Positions 1 to 9,211 of a stretch of DNA of 50,271 nt are shown one piece after another. Source of the stretch: a virus (lineage: Duplodnaviria; Caudoviricetes); IMG/VR virus record IMGVR_UViG_3300037467_000958, positions 1-50,271 of that record; one strand, 5' to 3'. A program made the translations under genes and the position numbers. Within the stretch, counting starts at the first letter, position 1; each line of letters opens with the position of its first letter. The notes below the pieces were generated by a model, which saw only the letters and a program-made list of their open reading frames with translations, had not been told where the DNA came from and did no database searches.

Positions 1-1
1 T

Positions 2-127
2 GTAATTAAATGATTACAGTCGAACGGGTAAAAGCGGCTTACGAAAAAGCCGGGATTAAACCGAAGTCGGGAGATTTTTGCGGGGAAGGCTGTGGCTGCA
101 TATTAACGGCTTTATTAGTTGGGGAAG
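2..127. repeat. Terminal overlap, copy 1 (circular assembly)
   Basis: 2-127 is identical to 50146-50271; base 1 (t) differs from 50145 (g). Confidence 0.95.
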
Positions 128-342
128 GGCATATAGATTTTCCCACGTTTAGAGCGTGGATGAGTAGTGCGCTAGACGAAAGCCCGGTCGGCATGTCTTT
201 TACGGAATTTGTTAATAAAAAATTAGGGCTTGATGCTAATCAAATGTGGTCGGTTATTGACGGTTTTGACGGGCTTATCGGTAAGCCTAGTGACTATTAT
301 AACCTCGGCGCAGAATGCCGGAAGGAGTTGTTGCAAATATGA
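10..342 (+). CDS. Hypothetical protein, paralog of the next gene
   Basis: RBS GGGAGG lies across the circular junction; shares MITVERVKAAYEKAGI, CGC.LTA.LVGEG, DGFDG and CRKEL with 339-674. Confidence 0.85.
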   Translation: MITVERVKAAYEKAGIKPKSGDFCGEGCGCILTALLVGEGHIDFPTFRAWMSSALDESPVGMSFTEFVNKKLGLDANQMWSVIDGFDGLIGKPSDYYNLGAECRKELLQI

Positions 343-674
343 TAACGGTCGAAAGAGTGAAAGCGGCTTATGAGAAAGCGGGAATTAGGCCGATAAGAAA
401 TCACTTTGTAATGATAAACAATGCTGGCGAAAAATGCGGCTGCGGTTTGACGGCTATTTTGGTTGGCGAAGGTATTATATCATTTGAAGATTGGTTGGAA
501 GGGAATTACGGTACGACACTTCCGTCTGAATTTATTGCTAGGCAACTTGACCTTACAGAAGACCAAGTAAGAGGATTCATGGACGGATTTGATGGAAGCC
601 TTTGCCTGTATGATTCAAGACGGGAATACTACGAAATCGGCAAAGCCTGCCGAAAGGAGTTGATCGGGGAATGA
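339..674 (+). CDS. Hypothetical protein, paralog of the previous gene
   Basis: Start moved to ATG 339 (ATGA overlap, AAGGAG RBS, same N-terminus as the paralog). Confidence 0.85.
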   Translation: MITVERVKAAYEKAGIRPIRNHFVMINNAGEKCGCGLTAILVGEGIISFEDWLEGNYGTTLPSEFIARQLDLTEDQVRGFMDGFDGSLCLYDSRREYYEIGKACRKELIGE

Positions 675-925
675 ATATTTACGAACGCCTTCTTCAGATT
701 GCCGATGAAATCGAGGAATTGACCGGGGTTCGTCCGGATATTGACGTTAATCTGCACGGGAACCTTGACGGAAAAACGGCTGAAGAATGCATGGCTGCTC
801 GGGACGCGCTGGCCGCCGATGGTATGGCATTTAAAGACAGCGACGTTGGGAACTTCACCGTATATAGGGCTATGGGCCGCTTAATTGACTTCAATGTGTT
901 CGGCCCGAATAAGGAGGAAGCATGA
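671..925 (+). CDS. Hypothetical protein
   Basis: ATGA-coupled, AAGGAG RBS. Confidence 0.8.
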   Translation: MNIYERLLQIADEIEELTGVRPDIDVNLHGNLDGKTAEECMAARDALAADGMAFKDSDVGNFTVYRAMGRLIDFNVFGPNKEEA

Positions 926-1281
926 CACGCGACGAAATATTGGCAATGGAGCCAGGGCGTGAACTAGACGCGCTTGTGGCGGAGAAAGTGATGGGATGGA
1001 CAGTTAAGTTCATGGATGGCATATGGGGGTGGATGTACCGCGAGAGCGAAAGAAACAGATGGTATAACGTTCCGCGCTTTACCACCGACATATCCGCAGC
1101 ATGGGAAGTGGTGGAGAAGATGCAATCGTGGGGCGGTTGTGACATTGGGTGCTTCGGCAGAACGGGCGACGGCACATGGTATGTGGTTGAGACACACACC
1201 GTAAACGGTTGTCACAAGGCGACATGCCATACTGCTCCCGAAGCCATCTGTAACGCTGCTTTACTGGCATCGATTGAGTAA
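922..1281 (+). CDS. Phage ABA-sandwich domain protein
   Basis: GRELDALVAEKVMGW...PRFTTDISAAWEVVEKM...APEAICNAALLA pattern. Confidence 0.8.
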   Translation: MTRDEILAMEPGRELDALVAEKVMGWTVKFMDGIWGWMYRESERNRWYNVPRFTTDISAAWEVVEKMQSWGGCDIGCFGRTGDGTWYVVETHTVNGCHKATCHTAPEAICNAALLASIE

Positions 1282-1304
1282 TACAAATTTCCATCGTACA
1301 AGTA

Positions 1305-1335
1305 GTATACAAATAGTGTCGTCTAGGGTATACTA
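1305..1335 (+). promoter_or_regulatory. SigF-like (forespore) promoter
   Basis: GTATA-N16-GGGTATACTA versus B. subtilis SigF consensus GYATA-N15-GGnnAnAHTR; spacer is 1 nt long. Confidence 0.55.
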
Positions 1336-1339
1336 CCTG

Positions 1340-1368
1340 TCATAACCGCTAAATACACGGCATAGAAT
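1340..1368 (+). promoter_or_regulatory. SigE-like (mother cell) promoter
   Basis: TCATAAC-N14-CATAGAAT matches SigE consensus in sequence and spacing; RBS AAAGGAGG follows. Confidence 0.65.
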
Positions 1369-1391
1369 ACATCAAAGGAGGATTTTCAAAT

Positions 1392-1922
1392 ATGGTTCCA
1401 TTGGCACTAGGGAAAGTGTGTGCAGCTTGCGGGAAGGAGAGGAAAAGCAAGGCTCTGCGGTACGACACGGAAAGTTTCAACCCGTATTGTGACAACCCGT
1501 ACATTTGTAACGACGAGCATCCCAATTCAGTTAAAAATTTGATTCAGAATCAGAAGGAAACGGTTCTTGTACCGCATGAGGACGCCGTTAATGCCTACCG
1601 GGAGCATCTTTCAGCCGTATACAAGGATTCGGACATCGTGCAAAAGATTCACCGGATGCTCACCGATCCGATTACGATCCGGGTACAGAAGCCCGAAATG
1701 GCAAAATTTCTTGTGGAGTTTCAGCAGGAAAACGATCTTGACAGCCTATCGGAGACGATCCGGTATTGTGTCGAAGTTGTGATGGAAAACCGGGGCATGT
1801 TTATCAAAGAACATCGTGACGCAAAAGCTGAATTAAAGCGCGTTGAAACGGTAAAAGAAGCCATTCAGGAAGTTGTGAAACCAAAAGATGTAACCGTACC
1901 GGATGACGATCTAACGTTTTAA
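1392..1922 (+). CDS. Putative regulator: N-terminal Zn finger plus ribbon-helix-helix-like domain
   Basis: CAAC...C....IC...H cluster; ITIRVQKPEMAKFLVEFQQENDLDSLSETIRYCVE fits the RHH beta-alpha-alpha pattern. Confidence 0.6.
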   Translation: MVPLALGKVCAACGKERKSKALRYDTESFNPYCDNPYICNDEHPNSVKNLIQNQKETVLVPHEDAVNAYREHLSAVYKDSDIVQKIHRMLTDPITIRVQKPEMAKFLVEFQQENDLDSLSETIRYCVEVVMENRGMFIKEHRDAKAELKRVETVKEAIQEVVKPKDVTVPDDDLTF

Positions 1923-1931
1923 TGGGAGGAC

Positions 1932-2654
1932 GTGGGCATGGAGCCTTTAAAGATTAGACTAGACGACAAGCCGAATTTGCTGAAAGCCCTCGCGGAAGAT
2001 CGAGAAAAGGCGCGTGAAGTAATCGGCACTTTTATTGAACTAATCGAGGAATCTTTTGCCTCCGGTTGGGTCGATATTGCCGAGCAGCTTCACCCCAAAC
2101 TTGGGTTTAAAGACCTAGTTCGGGGCATCCTCCGGGGGTCTTTGGACTTAAAAGGCATCAATCCTGAAGCGTATGACGCGCTTAAAATCGAGGTTCACCC
2201 GCTGTCTATTCTTCAGCCTCGAAAGAACTATTTGGACGGCGGGATGAAATACACGAATTGGCGCAACTATTTCAAACTTCCGGACGATGCTGGCATAGGG
2301 GAAGAAACTGTCGCCCAAATCTTCCGGACGATGCTCCGAAACATGAAGTATATCGACATTGGAAAGCTGCGGACATTCCTCGAAGCAAATCAAGTTGTCA
2401 CGTACCGGGGCTTGGGTGATGAACAGATAATGAAATTGCCCTTTTACCCGGCCCTGAAGTATCAGAAAGCTATTGGAGAGTTACATGTCGGTAAATTTCA
2501 CGACGATACCGGGTTTTTCGATTGTGGAGAAATCAAACTGGAAGATGGCGTGCCTGAAGCGTGCCCGGCGTGTAAACACCAGTATTTAACTATTCTCGAT
2601 CTATCCGATTATGCACTCTGCGAAGCCTGCAACGCGGGTTTTAAAATCGTATGA
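1932..2654 (+). CDS. Hypothetical protein with C-terminal Zn ribbon
   Basis: GGGAGG RBS; CPAC...CEAC. Confidence 0.8.
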   Translation: MGMEPLKIRLDDKPNLLKALAEDREKAREVIGTFIELIEESFASGWVDIAEQLHPKLGFKDLVRGILRGSLDLKGINPEAYDALKIEVHPLSILQPRKNYLDGGMKYTNWRNYFKLPDDAGIGEETVAQIFRTMLRNMKYIDIGKLRTFLEANQVVTYRGLGDEQIMKLPFYPALKYQKAIGELHVGKFHDDTGFFDCGEIKLEDGVPEACPACKHQYLTILDLSDYALCEACNAGFKIV

Positions 2655-2860
2655 AGTGGCTCGCGTATATCGGAATTACGTTGAACGTCATCCCGTTCCT
2701 GATTTTCGAATACCAAGTCTTGATGTATAACCCGCTGCTTCTTTTCGATCCGATCACACAATTTAAAGTGACATGGAGTTGTATGCTGGCTCCGATTACA
2801 TGGCTCGGAACGGCTCTCATTATCTTCAGTCAAATCCCCTTTCGCCGGAAATCTCGGTGA
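2651..2860 (+). CDS. Small membrane protein
   Basis: Two hydrophobic segments, basic tail, ATGA-coupled. Confidence 0.7.
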   Translation: MKWLAYIGITLNVIPFLIFEYQVLMYNPLLLFDPITQFKVTWSCMLAPITWLGTALIIFSQIPFRRKSR

Positions 2861-2864
2861 AAGG

Positions 2865-2894
2865 CTGGTATTTCGACATGACATGTGTTACAAT
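2865..2894 (+). promoter_or_regulatory. SigA-type extended -10 promoter (phage promoter family)
   Basis: TGtTACAAT preceded by ACATGACATG; weak -35; contains TTCGACA. Confidence 0.55.
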
Positions 2895-2925
2895 GTACGT
2901 AAAATCGATTGAAAGGAGAAACATC

Positions 2926-3129
2926 ATGTTACCCATCTTGCATCCTATGAGCAAAACTTCCATTGAATTAAGACGCGCCATTAACCGACTTTTGGTATTC
3001 ATTGAACAGAACCCAAGTGACGATCACGTTACAAGCGGCGCGGTTCAGGAATTGATTGACGATTTGAAAGCTGCCCGGTCGCATATTCCGCATAGCTTAC
3101 GCGATCCGGACATTGAAGAAAATAAATGA
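2926..3129 (+). CDS. Hypothetical protein
   Basis: Start chosen at ATG 2926 after AAAGGAG. Confidence 0.7.
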   Translation: MLPILHPMSKTSIELRRAINRLLVFIEQNPSDDHVTSGAVQELIDDLKAARSHIPHSLRDPDIEENK

Positions 3130-4751
3130 TTACATTCAGTACCGACGAAAACTTCATTTATCTGAAGAATGTTCCCCCGTCGGAGAAATCGGTTATGGAC
3201 GTATATTTCAATGCCGTTTGGTCGGCCCCGAAGAAGCATTGGCGGCTTCCGCTGAATCGGCACGTTTTAACGGAACTATGGCGCACGTTTCCGGAGTTGC
3301 GAAGTAATCAATCATTCAACGAATTGGGAAAGCTTACGGCTGAAGAAGTAAGGCAGTTGTTGGATAATCGAAAACGATTCCCGTATACAATTCCGAATAA
3401 CCCGCTACGGCCATATCAGTTAGAAGACGTTCGTATTCTCGAAAAATTACCTTCAGCCGGAATATTCAACGAACCCCGGACAGGGAAAACCCCAACGGCC
3501 ATATCGCTTATGAAGCGCATCGGCGGGAAGCGGAATTTGGTTGTCTGCCCGGCATCCCTTACGCTGAACTGGGAAAAGGAAATACGTGAGTGGTGGCCGG
3601 AAGCAAAAATACGAGTGGTAGACGATAAGCCAAGCAAGCGACAAATCGTATGGACTGAACATAACCCGCCGTATTTTAATTACGTATTTGTAGTCAGCAA
3701 AGACACTTTAAAATCCGATATTGAAACAGTACAGAGATTGAGTTTCGATACGTGTTTTATTGACGAAGCGCATTTTCTGCGGAATTACCAAACCGCACAA
3801 TCGAAGGCGATTTTCAAGATTAAAGCTGAACGCAAATACACCATGACCGGGACGCCGACGGTCAATCATCCTTCAGATATTTGGGGCATCCTGCATTTCC
3901 TTGATCCGAAAGCCTATCCGTCCTACTGGCAATTTACGGCTCGGTATTTCGAAACCTTCCAAAGCCAGTATTCGGCCGGACTTGAAGCCGGAAATCCGAA
4001 GAAACATCGGGAAGCTGAACTGAAGGAGATTGTGGGGCTAGTCTCCGTTTCGAGGAAACGGAGTGAAGTTATGGCATGGCTGCCGAAAAAGCAATACAGC
4101 AAATTGCCTGTCAAAATGGAAGGAAAACAACTTAAACTTTACAACGAAATGAAGAACTTCTTCACGGCGACGGACGATCCGGTGGCCGTGGATACACCGA
4201 ACGTTATTACGCAGCTTATGAGAATGAGACAGTTATGCCTTGATCCTCGTCTTTTGGGATTCGATGAGCCGGGAGCAAAGACAAAAACCTTACTCGATTA
4301 CTTGGAGAATCGGCGCGAACCCATCGTCATAATGACCATGTTCACATCATACCTGAAGATGATTGCTCCGGAGATTAAAAACCGGAAAGTAGGTATGATC
4401 CATGGTGAAATGTCAGCCGCGCAGAAACAGCAATCTGTATTGGACTTTCAAATGGGCCGGATTGACGTCCTGCTATGCAACATTGTGGCCGCAGGAGTCG
4501 GGCTTACGCTCGACAGGTCTAATACGGTGCTGTTCCTCGACCGCGCATGGACGCCCGCAGAAAATGACCAAGCGGAAGATCGTGTCTGTCCAACTTCGCA
4601 AGAACGAAACCACGCGCATTTGATTGTCGATTTGGAATGTGTAAACAGCGTTGATACGCGCATAAACGCGGTTCTTAAAAGTAAACGTACCCTAACAGAC
4701 TACATCAACGAAGGCGGCCGCGCTGCGATAAAATCTCTGTTAGGAGAGTGA
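3126..4751 (+). CDS. SNF2-family (SF2) helicase
   Basis: LRPYQ, RTGKT, VVCPASL, DEAH, TGTP, GVGLTL, QAEDR motifs. Confidence 0.95.
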   Translation: MITFSTDENFIYLKNVPPSEKSVMDVYFNAVWSAPKKHWRLPLNRHVLTELWRTFPELRSNQSFNELGKLTAEEVRQLLDNRKRFPYTIPNNPLRPYQLEDVRILEKLPSAGIFNEPRTGKTPTAISLMKRIGGKRNLVVCPASLTLNWEKEIREWWPEAKIRVVDDKPSKRQIVWTEHNPPYFNYVFVVSKDTLKSDIETVQRLSFDTCFIDEAHFLRNYQTAQSKAIFKIKAERKYTMTGTPTVNHPSDIWGILHFLDPKAYPSYWQFTARYFETFQSQYSAGLEAGNPKKHREAELKEIVGLVSVSRKRSEVMAWLPKKQYSKLPVKMEGKQLKLYNEMKNFFTATDDPVAVDTPNVITQLMRMRQLCLDPRLLGFDEPGAKTKTLLDYLENRREPIVIMTMFTSYLKMIAPEIKNRKVGMIHGEMSAAQKQQSVLDFQMGRIDVLLCNIVAAGVGLTLDRSNTVLFLDRAWTPAENDQAEDRVCPTSQERNHAHLIVDLECVNSVDTRINAVLKSKRTLTDYINEGGRAAIKSLLGE

Positions 4752-4755
4752 GTGT

Positions 4756-5049
4756 ATGAAATTCGTAATGGAAAGGCCCGGCAAGTGGATGGAACGTTTG
4801 GAGGATGCCCCCTTACCTGCCGGACATGAAACGCCGTTTTTAAGGTTCGATCACACCGATGATTTCAGCACGAATTTTAGCTTTATGCCGGATTTGCCTT
4901 ATTCGGAGGAACATACCGTTGAAGCGTTCATCGATAACAGCCTTCTTCAGTTCGACTATCTCGGATATCATATCCTTAACTGGTTCCCTCACGGCAAAAC
5001 GACCTACAAATTTATGAAGGCGACAGCCGATTTCTTTTTTGGGGAGTGA
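4756..5049 (+). CDS. Hypothetical protein
   Basis: ORF in operon context with AGGAG RBS. Confidence 0.7.
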   Translation: MKFVMERPGKWMERLEDAPLPAGHETPFLRFDHTDDFSTNFSFMPDLPYSEEHTVEAFIDNSLLQFDYLGYHILNWFPHGKTTYKFMKATADFFFGE

Positions 5050-5321
5050 TCGAGATGGATTATTCAATTGAAGAAATGCTGAAGCAGATGTTCATCGGCG
5101 GCGCAAAGGCTTTGTTTCTCGGCCCGGTCGGGTGGCATATTGGGATCGTTTTGGTCGTGGGAATTACTTCAGCTTACATCGAAAAACGCCTCATTAAACG
5201 CAGGAAAGAACTGATGGCACAAGGCGTAAAAGCCGTATCGTATTGGATATGCGCGATCACCGCACTTTTGGCCGTGCTGAAAGCAGCAAAATTGACTTTA
5301 ATTACCTTCCGGATGTTGTAA
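5046..5321 (+). CDS. Small membrane protein (2 TM)
   Basis: Two hydrophobic helices with a basic loop; start may be ATG 5055. Confidence 0.75.
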   Translation: MIEMDYSIEEMLKQMFIGGAKALFLGPVGWHIGIVLVVGITSAYIEKRLIKRRKELMAQGVKAVSYWICAITALLAVLKAAKLTLITFRML

Positions 5322-5341
5322 AAATTTTTGGACTTAAATGA

Positions 5342-5371
5342 TTGCATGTTTCACATGACATGTGGTACAAT
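5342..5371 (+). promoter_or_regulatory. SigA promoter (phage promoter family)
   Basis: TTGCAT-N18-TACAAT, extended TG, ACATGACATGT in spacer. Confidence 0.7.
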
Positions 5372-5393
5372 AGAAACATGGAGGCGATGAAAG

Positions 5394-5699
5394 ATGATTA
5401 ACATCGATGCAATCGCAAAAACGGTAGCTGAAAAGATCGTGGCGAAGGTTGACGCAAACACGGCCGATTATGCCGAGGACTTCGATACGGATAACCTGAT
5501 CGACCAAGCGGTTGAGGACGTGTGCGAAGGAACGCCGTTGAACCCGGAGGATTTGTTCGACGTTGTGGCCGGACATCGGGAAGTTGAAATGGCAATTCAG
5601 GGCGCACGGATCATTGTGCAAGACTGGGTTTCCGATCAAGAACTTTGGAAAGACGGCCCGATGAAAGTATACGGACTGAAGCAGGCTGATTTCGTATGA
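5394..5699 (+). CDS. Hypothetical acidic protein
   Basis: GGAGG RBS downstream of promoter. Confidence 0.8.
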   Translation: MINIDAIAKTVAEKIVAKVDANTADYAEDFDTDNLIDQAVEDVCEGTPLNPEDLFDVVAGHREVEMAIQGARIIVQDWVSDQELWKDGPMKVYGLKQADFV

Positions 5700-6175
5700 A
5701 GGACGAGATACACAAGGCGCTGGATGCGGCAACGCCGGGGCCGTGGAAGATGATGGACGGCAGAGTGTACGGTTCTTCTACAACAGCCGTAGAACCGCTT
5801 GTGTGCGAATATGACAAGTTCAGCGAAAGGGACGTCAGAAACGCCTACCTTATCGCCAACGCTCCCACATGGCTCCGCTTCCTGCTAGATGAAGTGGAAC
5901 GGTTGACCGAATTGGAAAAGGACACGACGCGTCATTTAGGGGAAGAAATTGCTGGACTTGAATTTGAAATTCGTCATCTAAAAATTGAACGAAACGACTA
6001 TCGTGCTGGATATCTGAACTATGAGAAGCATTGCGAATCCCTCCGCACCGAACTAGCCGCAAAGGATAAGGTGCTGGAATGGTATGCGGAATATTTGCAG
6101 GACGGTATAAAAGAAAACGGCGAACGCGCCCGTTCCATCCTATCCCAATACAAAGGAGAATCCCAAAGTGACTAA
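5696..6175 (+). CDS. Ead/Ea22-like protein with coiled coil
   Basis: ATPGPW...NAYLIANAP..L..LLDEVERL motif. Confidence 0.65.
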   Translation: MKDEIHKALDAATPGPWKMMDGRVYGSSTTAVEPLVCEYDKFSERDVRNAYLIANAPTWLRFLLDEVERLTELEKDTTRHLGEEIAGLEFEIRHLKIERNDYRAGYLNYEKHCESLRTELAAKDKVLEWYAEYLQDGIKENGERARSILSQYKGESQSD

Positions 6176-7316
6176 ATACCGCTTAGTAAGAGGAAGTGAG
6201 GTAAGCGACTTCCTTCGCTGCCGGAAACGCTGGAAGCACAAATGGGTCGATCATCTGAAGCCGAAACGCCCGGAAGGGAAGTTGTTCTTTGGGAACCTGT
6301 TTCATGTGTTTGCCGAGGAATACTACATGGCTAACGAACGCCGAGAAGAAATCGCTAAGGAATGGATGCGACACACGTTCGAAACTACTGACACTTCCCG
6401 CATGGCGCAGACTGAAATAGATGACCTTTGGGATTTAGCGGTTGGCGTAACGGACGGCTATGTGAAACAATGGGGCGAACGCGATAGGAATATTCGCGTA
6501 ATTGCAACGGAATTTACGTTCGCTATCCCGCTGGCTAACGGTATCGCTTATACCGGAACTATTGATAAACTGTGGCTTGACGAGGAAGGGCGGCTATGGT
6601 TTGCTGATTACAAGACAACAGCCAGCATCGAAAAGTACATTAAACGCGCTCCGATGGATCGCCAAATCAGCCGTTACTTTTGGGCATTAAAAGAACTTTG
6701 CGAGGGCAACGGCTATGTGTGGGATAATGAGGCATGGTGGCCCGTTGCAAATACGCCATACTGGAAGCAGCTTGGCGAAACCCGGCCCCACGGCTTCATT
6801 TATGACATCGTAATGCGGGATGTTCCGAGAAAGCCGGAACTGCTGAAGAAGGGCGGGCTGTCGAAGGCCAAGAATCAAAAGACGACTTATCAAATTTATC
6901 TGGATACGATGGTCGAAAACGATCTTACAACACCGACTCCACAAGGTTCGGTAAGTGTGCCCGAAGAATACGAGGAAATTCTTGCACACTTTAGGATGCA
7001 GGAAACGGAGCAAGGGAATGCCTTCTTCAGACGCATCCCGGTCTATCGGCAACCGGAAGAATTGGAAAGCGCGATTCAAGAGTTTTATGCGGTGGCTTAC
7101 GAAATGGTTCATTACAAAACGCGGTTGGAGTCCGGAGTTACGGCGCATCCCGATTACGATCCCATCTACCGCAACATCACCGACGATTGTTCATGGGACT
7201 GTTCCTTTCAGTCCATGTGCGTAGCGCAAATGGACGGCTCTTGGTACGCCGATATGGAAGAACTATTCTATGAGAAAGAAGAACCCGGAATGGAGTGGTT
7301 AGATGCTAACGGTTAG
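6168..7316 (+). CDS. PD-(D/E)XK (RecB/Cas4-like) exonuclease
   Basis: S....F..C..., G..FH, GTIDKL, ADYKT, Q...Y, C-terminal C..C.....C. Confidence 0.9.
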   Translation: MTKYRLVRGSEVSDFLRCRKRWKHKWVDHLKPKRPEGKLFFGNLFHVFAEEYYMANERREEIAKEWMRHTFETTDTSRMAQTEIDDLWDLAVGVTDGYVKQWGERDRNIRVIATEFTFAIPLANGIAYTGTIDKLWLDEEGRLWFADYKTTASIEKYIKRAPMDRQISRYFWALKELCEGNGYVWDNEAWWPVANTPYWKQLGETRPHGFIYDIVMRDVPRKPELLKKGGLSKAKNQKTTYQIYLDTMVENDLTTPTPQGSVSVPEEYEEILAHFRMQETEQGNAFFRRIPVYRQPEELESAIQEFYAVAYEMVHYKTRLESGVTAHPDYDPIYRNITDDCSWDCSFQSMCVAQMDGSWYADMEELFYEKEEPGMEWLDANG

Positions 7317-7533
7317 GTATCGAATCGTGACAACCGTTCGCCACCCTTCAGGCCATAAACAAGGGCTTCATAGTGAATTACTTTCTCAAGAACCGGATGA
7401 AACTGTTATTGAAAAAGAACTGTCCCGCATAACCGACATGTTAAAAGCGGGTCTAGATCGTTACCATGTGCTTTATGCTACTGTTGAAAAATTATACGTA
7501 CAAGGAGAGTTAAAAGCATGGCATTCGTTGTAA
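7303..7533 (+). CDS. Hypothetical protein
   Basis: Overlap-coupled ORF with GGAGTGG RBS. Confidence 0.65.
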   Translation: MLTVRYRIVTTVRHPSGHKQGLHSELLSQEPDETVIEKELSRITDMLKAGLDRYHVLYATVEKLYVQGELKAWHSL

Positions 7534-8300
7534 AGAAACCGGGGGACGAAGTTAAGCAAGAACGGCGCGGCTATTCAGCCGTCCTGTACGGCCCGCCGAT
7601 GGTCGGAAAAACGACAACGCTGCACGATGACTCCGATTGGAGAGTTTGCCTAATCGATCTCGACAAAAACAGCACGACTGTCGAGGAATCCGAGAACGTC
7701 ACAATTATCGGCGTGGATACATTCGATGAATACTTATCCGTCAAGCAAGGCGTCAACACCGGGACGTGGAAGTATCCGGGCGGCGAACTGAAGATGGACT
7801 TCGATATGTACGCCATCGACTCTTTTACGACGCTGGAAGAAAAGATTAAGCGGTATGTCGTCGAGAAGTACGCCCCGAACCGTCGCCGGGAGATTCAATC
7901 CAAGTTCGGCGCACAATCCGATTGGGGCGATTTGCAGGATATTGAGATTGGCGAAGTGCGAGATTGGCAGGCCATGACCAAGCGGGCCGTAAATCCGGTC
8001 AACGTGCTTTGGATCGGTCACGACAATATCGTGAAAAACGACATGGGGCAGGCGTCGGCAACGGAACTTCTTTTGCAAGGCAACTATGCCGCCCCCCGGA
8101 TTGCTTCAGCCGTTGACGCGATGTTCTACATGTTCAAGATGGAAAAGGACGGCAAAATCGGCCGGGGCATTTACACGATCGACAAAGGAATTTACAAAGC
8201 CGACGCCCGGATTGCTATCGAGCGGAAAGGCGACATTCCGAGTGTTATTTGGTTCCCGAAATGGTCGAAAATTTTCCCTATGTTGGGCTACAAAAAGTAG
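7518..8300 (+). CDS. AAA_24 / Sak4-like ATPase (recombinase)
   Basis: YGPPMVGKTT Walker A, IDSFT Walker B, DWG, IGH; lies between exonuclease and SSB. Confidence 0.85.
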   Translation: MAFVVKKPGDEVKQERRGYSAVLYGPPMVGKTTTLHDDSDWRVCLIDLDKNSTTVEESENVTIIGVDTFDEYLSVKQGVNTGTWKYPGGELKMDFDMYAIDSFTTLEEKIKRYVVEKYAPNRRREIQSKFGAQSDWGDLQDIEIGEVRDWQAMTKRAVNPVNVLWIGHDNIVKNDMGQASATELLLQGNYAAPRIASAVDAMFYMFKMEKDGKIGRGIYTIDKGIYKADARIAIERKGDIPSVIWFPKWSKIFPMLGYKK

Positions 8301-8330
8301 TTGCACGTTCTATATACCATGTGTTACGAT
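8301..8330 (+). promoter_or_regulatory. SigA promoter (phage promoter family)
   Basis: TTGCAC-N18-TACGAT with CATGTGT before -10. Confidence 0.6.
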
Positions 8331-8361
8331 AAGGAAGCAAAATTAAAAGGAGGAAAAACGA

Positions 8362-8955
8362 ATGAGTTTTTTCACAACGGATCACAACGAAGCAGGAAAC
8401 ATGTTCGACCCGGTTGCGCCGGGCAAGTACGAGGCTGTAATCACGCAAGCTGAAGTAACAGCAGCGAAGGAAAGCGGCAACCCGATGATTAAGGTCACGT
8501 ACACGATCCGGTCGGACGTTGACCAGCGGTTCCAAAAGCGGAAGCTGTTCGACAACTATGTGGCATCTGAAAAGGCCATGTTCAAATTCCAGCAGGCCGC
8601 GAAAGCAATCGGTATGCCGCAAGGTTCGCAAGTCGGCTCCATCGAAGAATTTGCGAAAATGATTCTATTCCGCGCCGTGAAAATTACGGTCGCCAACAAA
8701 AAGGAAGTCTATCAAGGCGAGGAACGTGTGAGAGATAACGTAACCTTCGTTGACGAGCCGAGCGTTCCATACAATGGCGGCAACGGCCCGGCTGTGAATC
8801 CGTTTGAAGTCCCGCCGGGCGTCGAAGACGAAACCCCGCCGTGGGAACAGGCTGAAGAAAAGCCGAAAGGCAAGGGCAAGAAAGGCAAGCAAGCCGATCC
8901 GTTCGCGGACGACGGCAAACCGATTGACATTTCGGATGATGATTTGCCATTCTAA
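8362..8955 (+). CDS. ssb: Single-stranded DNA-binding protein (DUF669-like)
   Basis: P.G.YE..I...E....SGNPMI N-terminus; DISDDDLPF tail. Confidence 0.85.
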   Translation: MSFFTTDHNEAGNMFDPVAPGKYEAVITQAEVTAAKESGNPMIKVTYTIRSDVDQRFQKRKLFDNYVASEKAMFKFQQAAKAIGMPQGSQVGSIEEFAKMILFRAVKITVANKKEVYQGEERVRDNVTFVDEPSVPYNGGNGPAVNPFEVPPGVEDETPPWEQAEEKPKGKGKKGKQADPFADDGKPIDISDDDLPF

Positions 8956-8968
8956 GGAGGATTAAACT

Positions 8969-9211
8969 GTGAATGTGAGAGAAAGAAAACGGCTTGTGGA
9001 AGTAAATGGGTTCCAAATTCGATTTGAGGATGCGCGCGGTCAGCGCGTCGAATTAAGTATCCAAAGGGATCACCACGCAGAACAAATCCTTCGCGGCCTC
9101 GTCCATAGCGGGTTCGAAGTTTCGATTAAAGAAGTCCCTATGACGATTTCAGTGAACTACGACGAATGTTGTGAAGCACCGACAGCTTTAGTTAGACCGT
9201 GTAACGGTTGA
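8969..9211 (+). CDS. Hypothetical protein
   Basis: GGAGG RBS. Confidence 0.65.
   Translation: MNVRERKRLVEVNGFQIRFEDARGQRVELSIQRDHHAEQILRGLVHSGFEVSIKEVPMTISVNYDECCEAPTALVRPCNG

Noticed and set aside
5346-5361. TGTTTCACATGACATG as a parS site
   Set aside because: Four mismatches and the right half is broken; better explained by the promoter-spacer motif
6168-7316. CRISPR-associated Cas4 or CRISPR system
   Set aside because: No array or other cas genes seen; context is the exonuclease-Sak4-SSB recombination module
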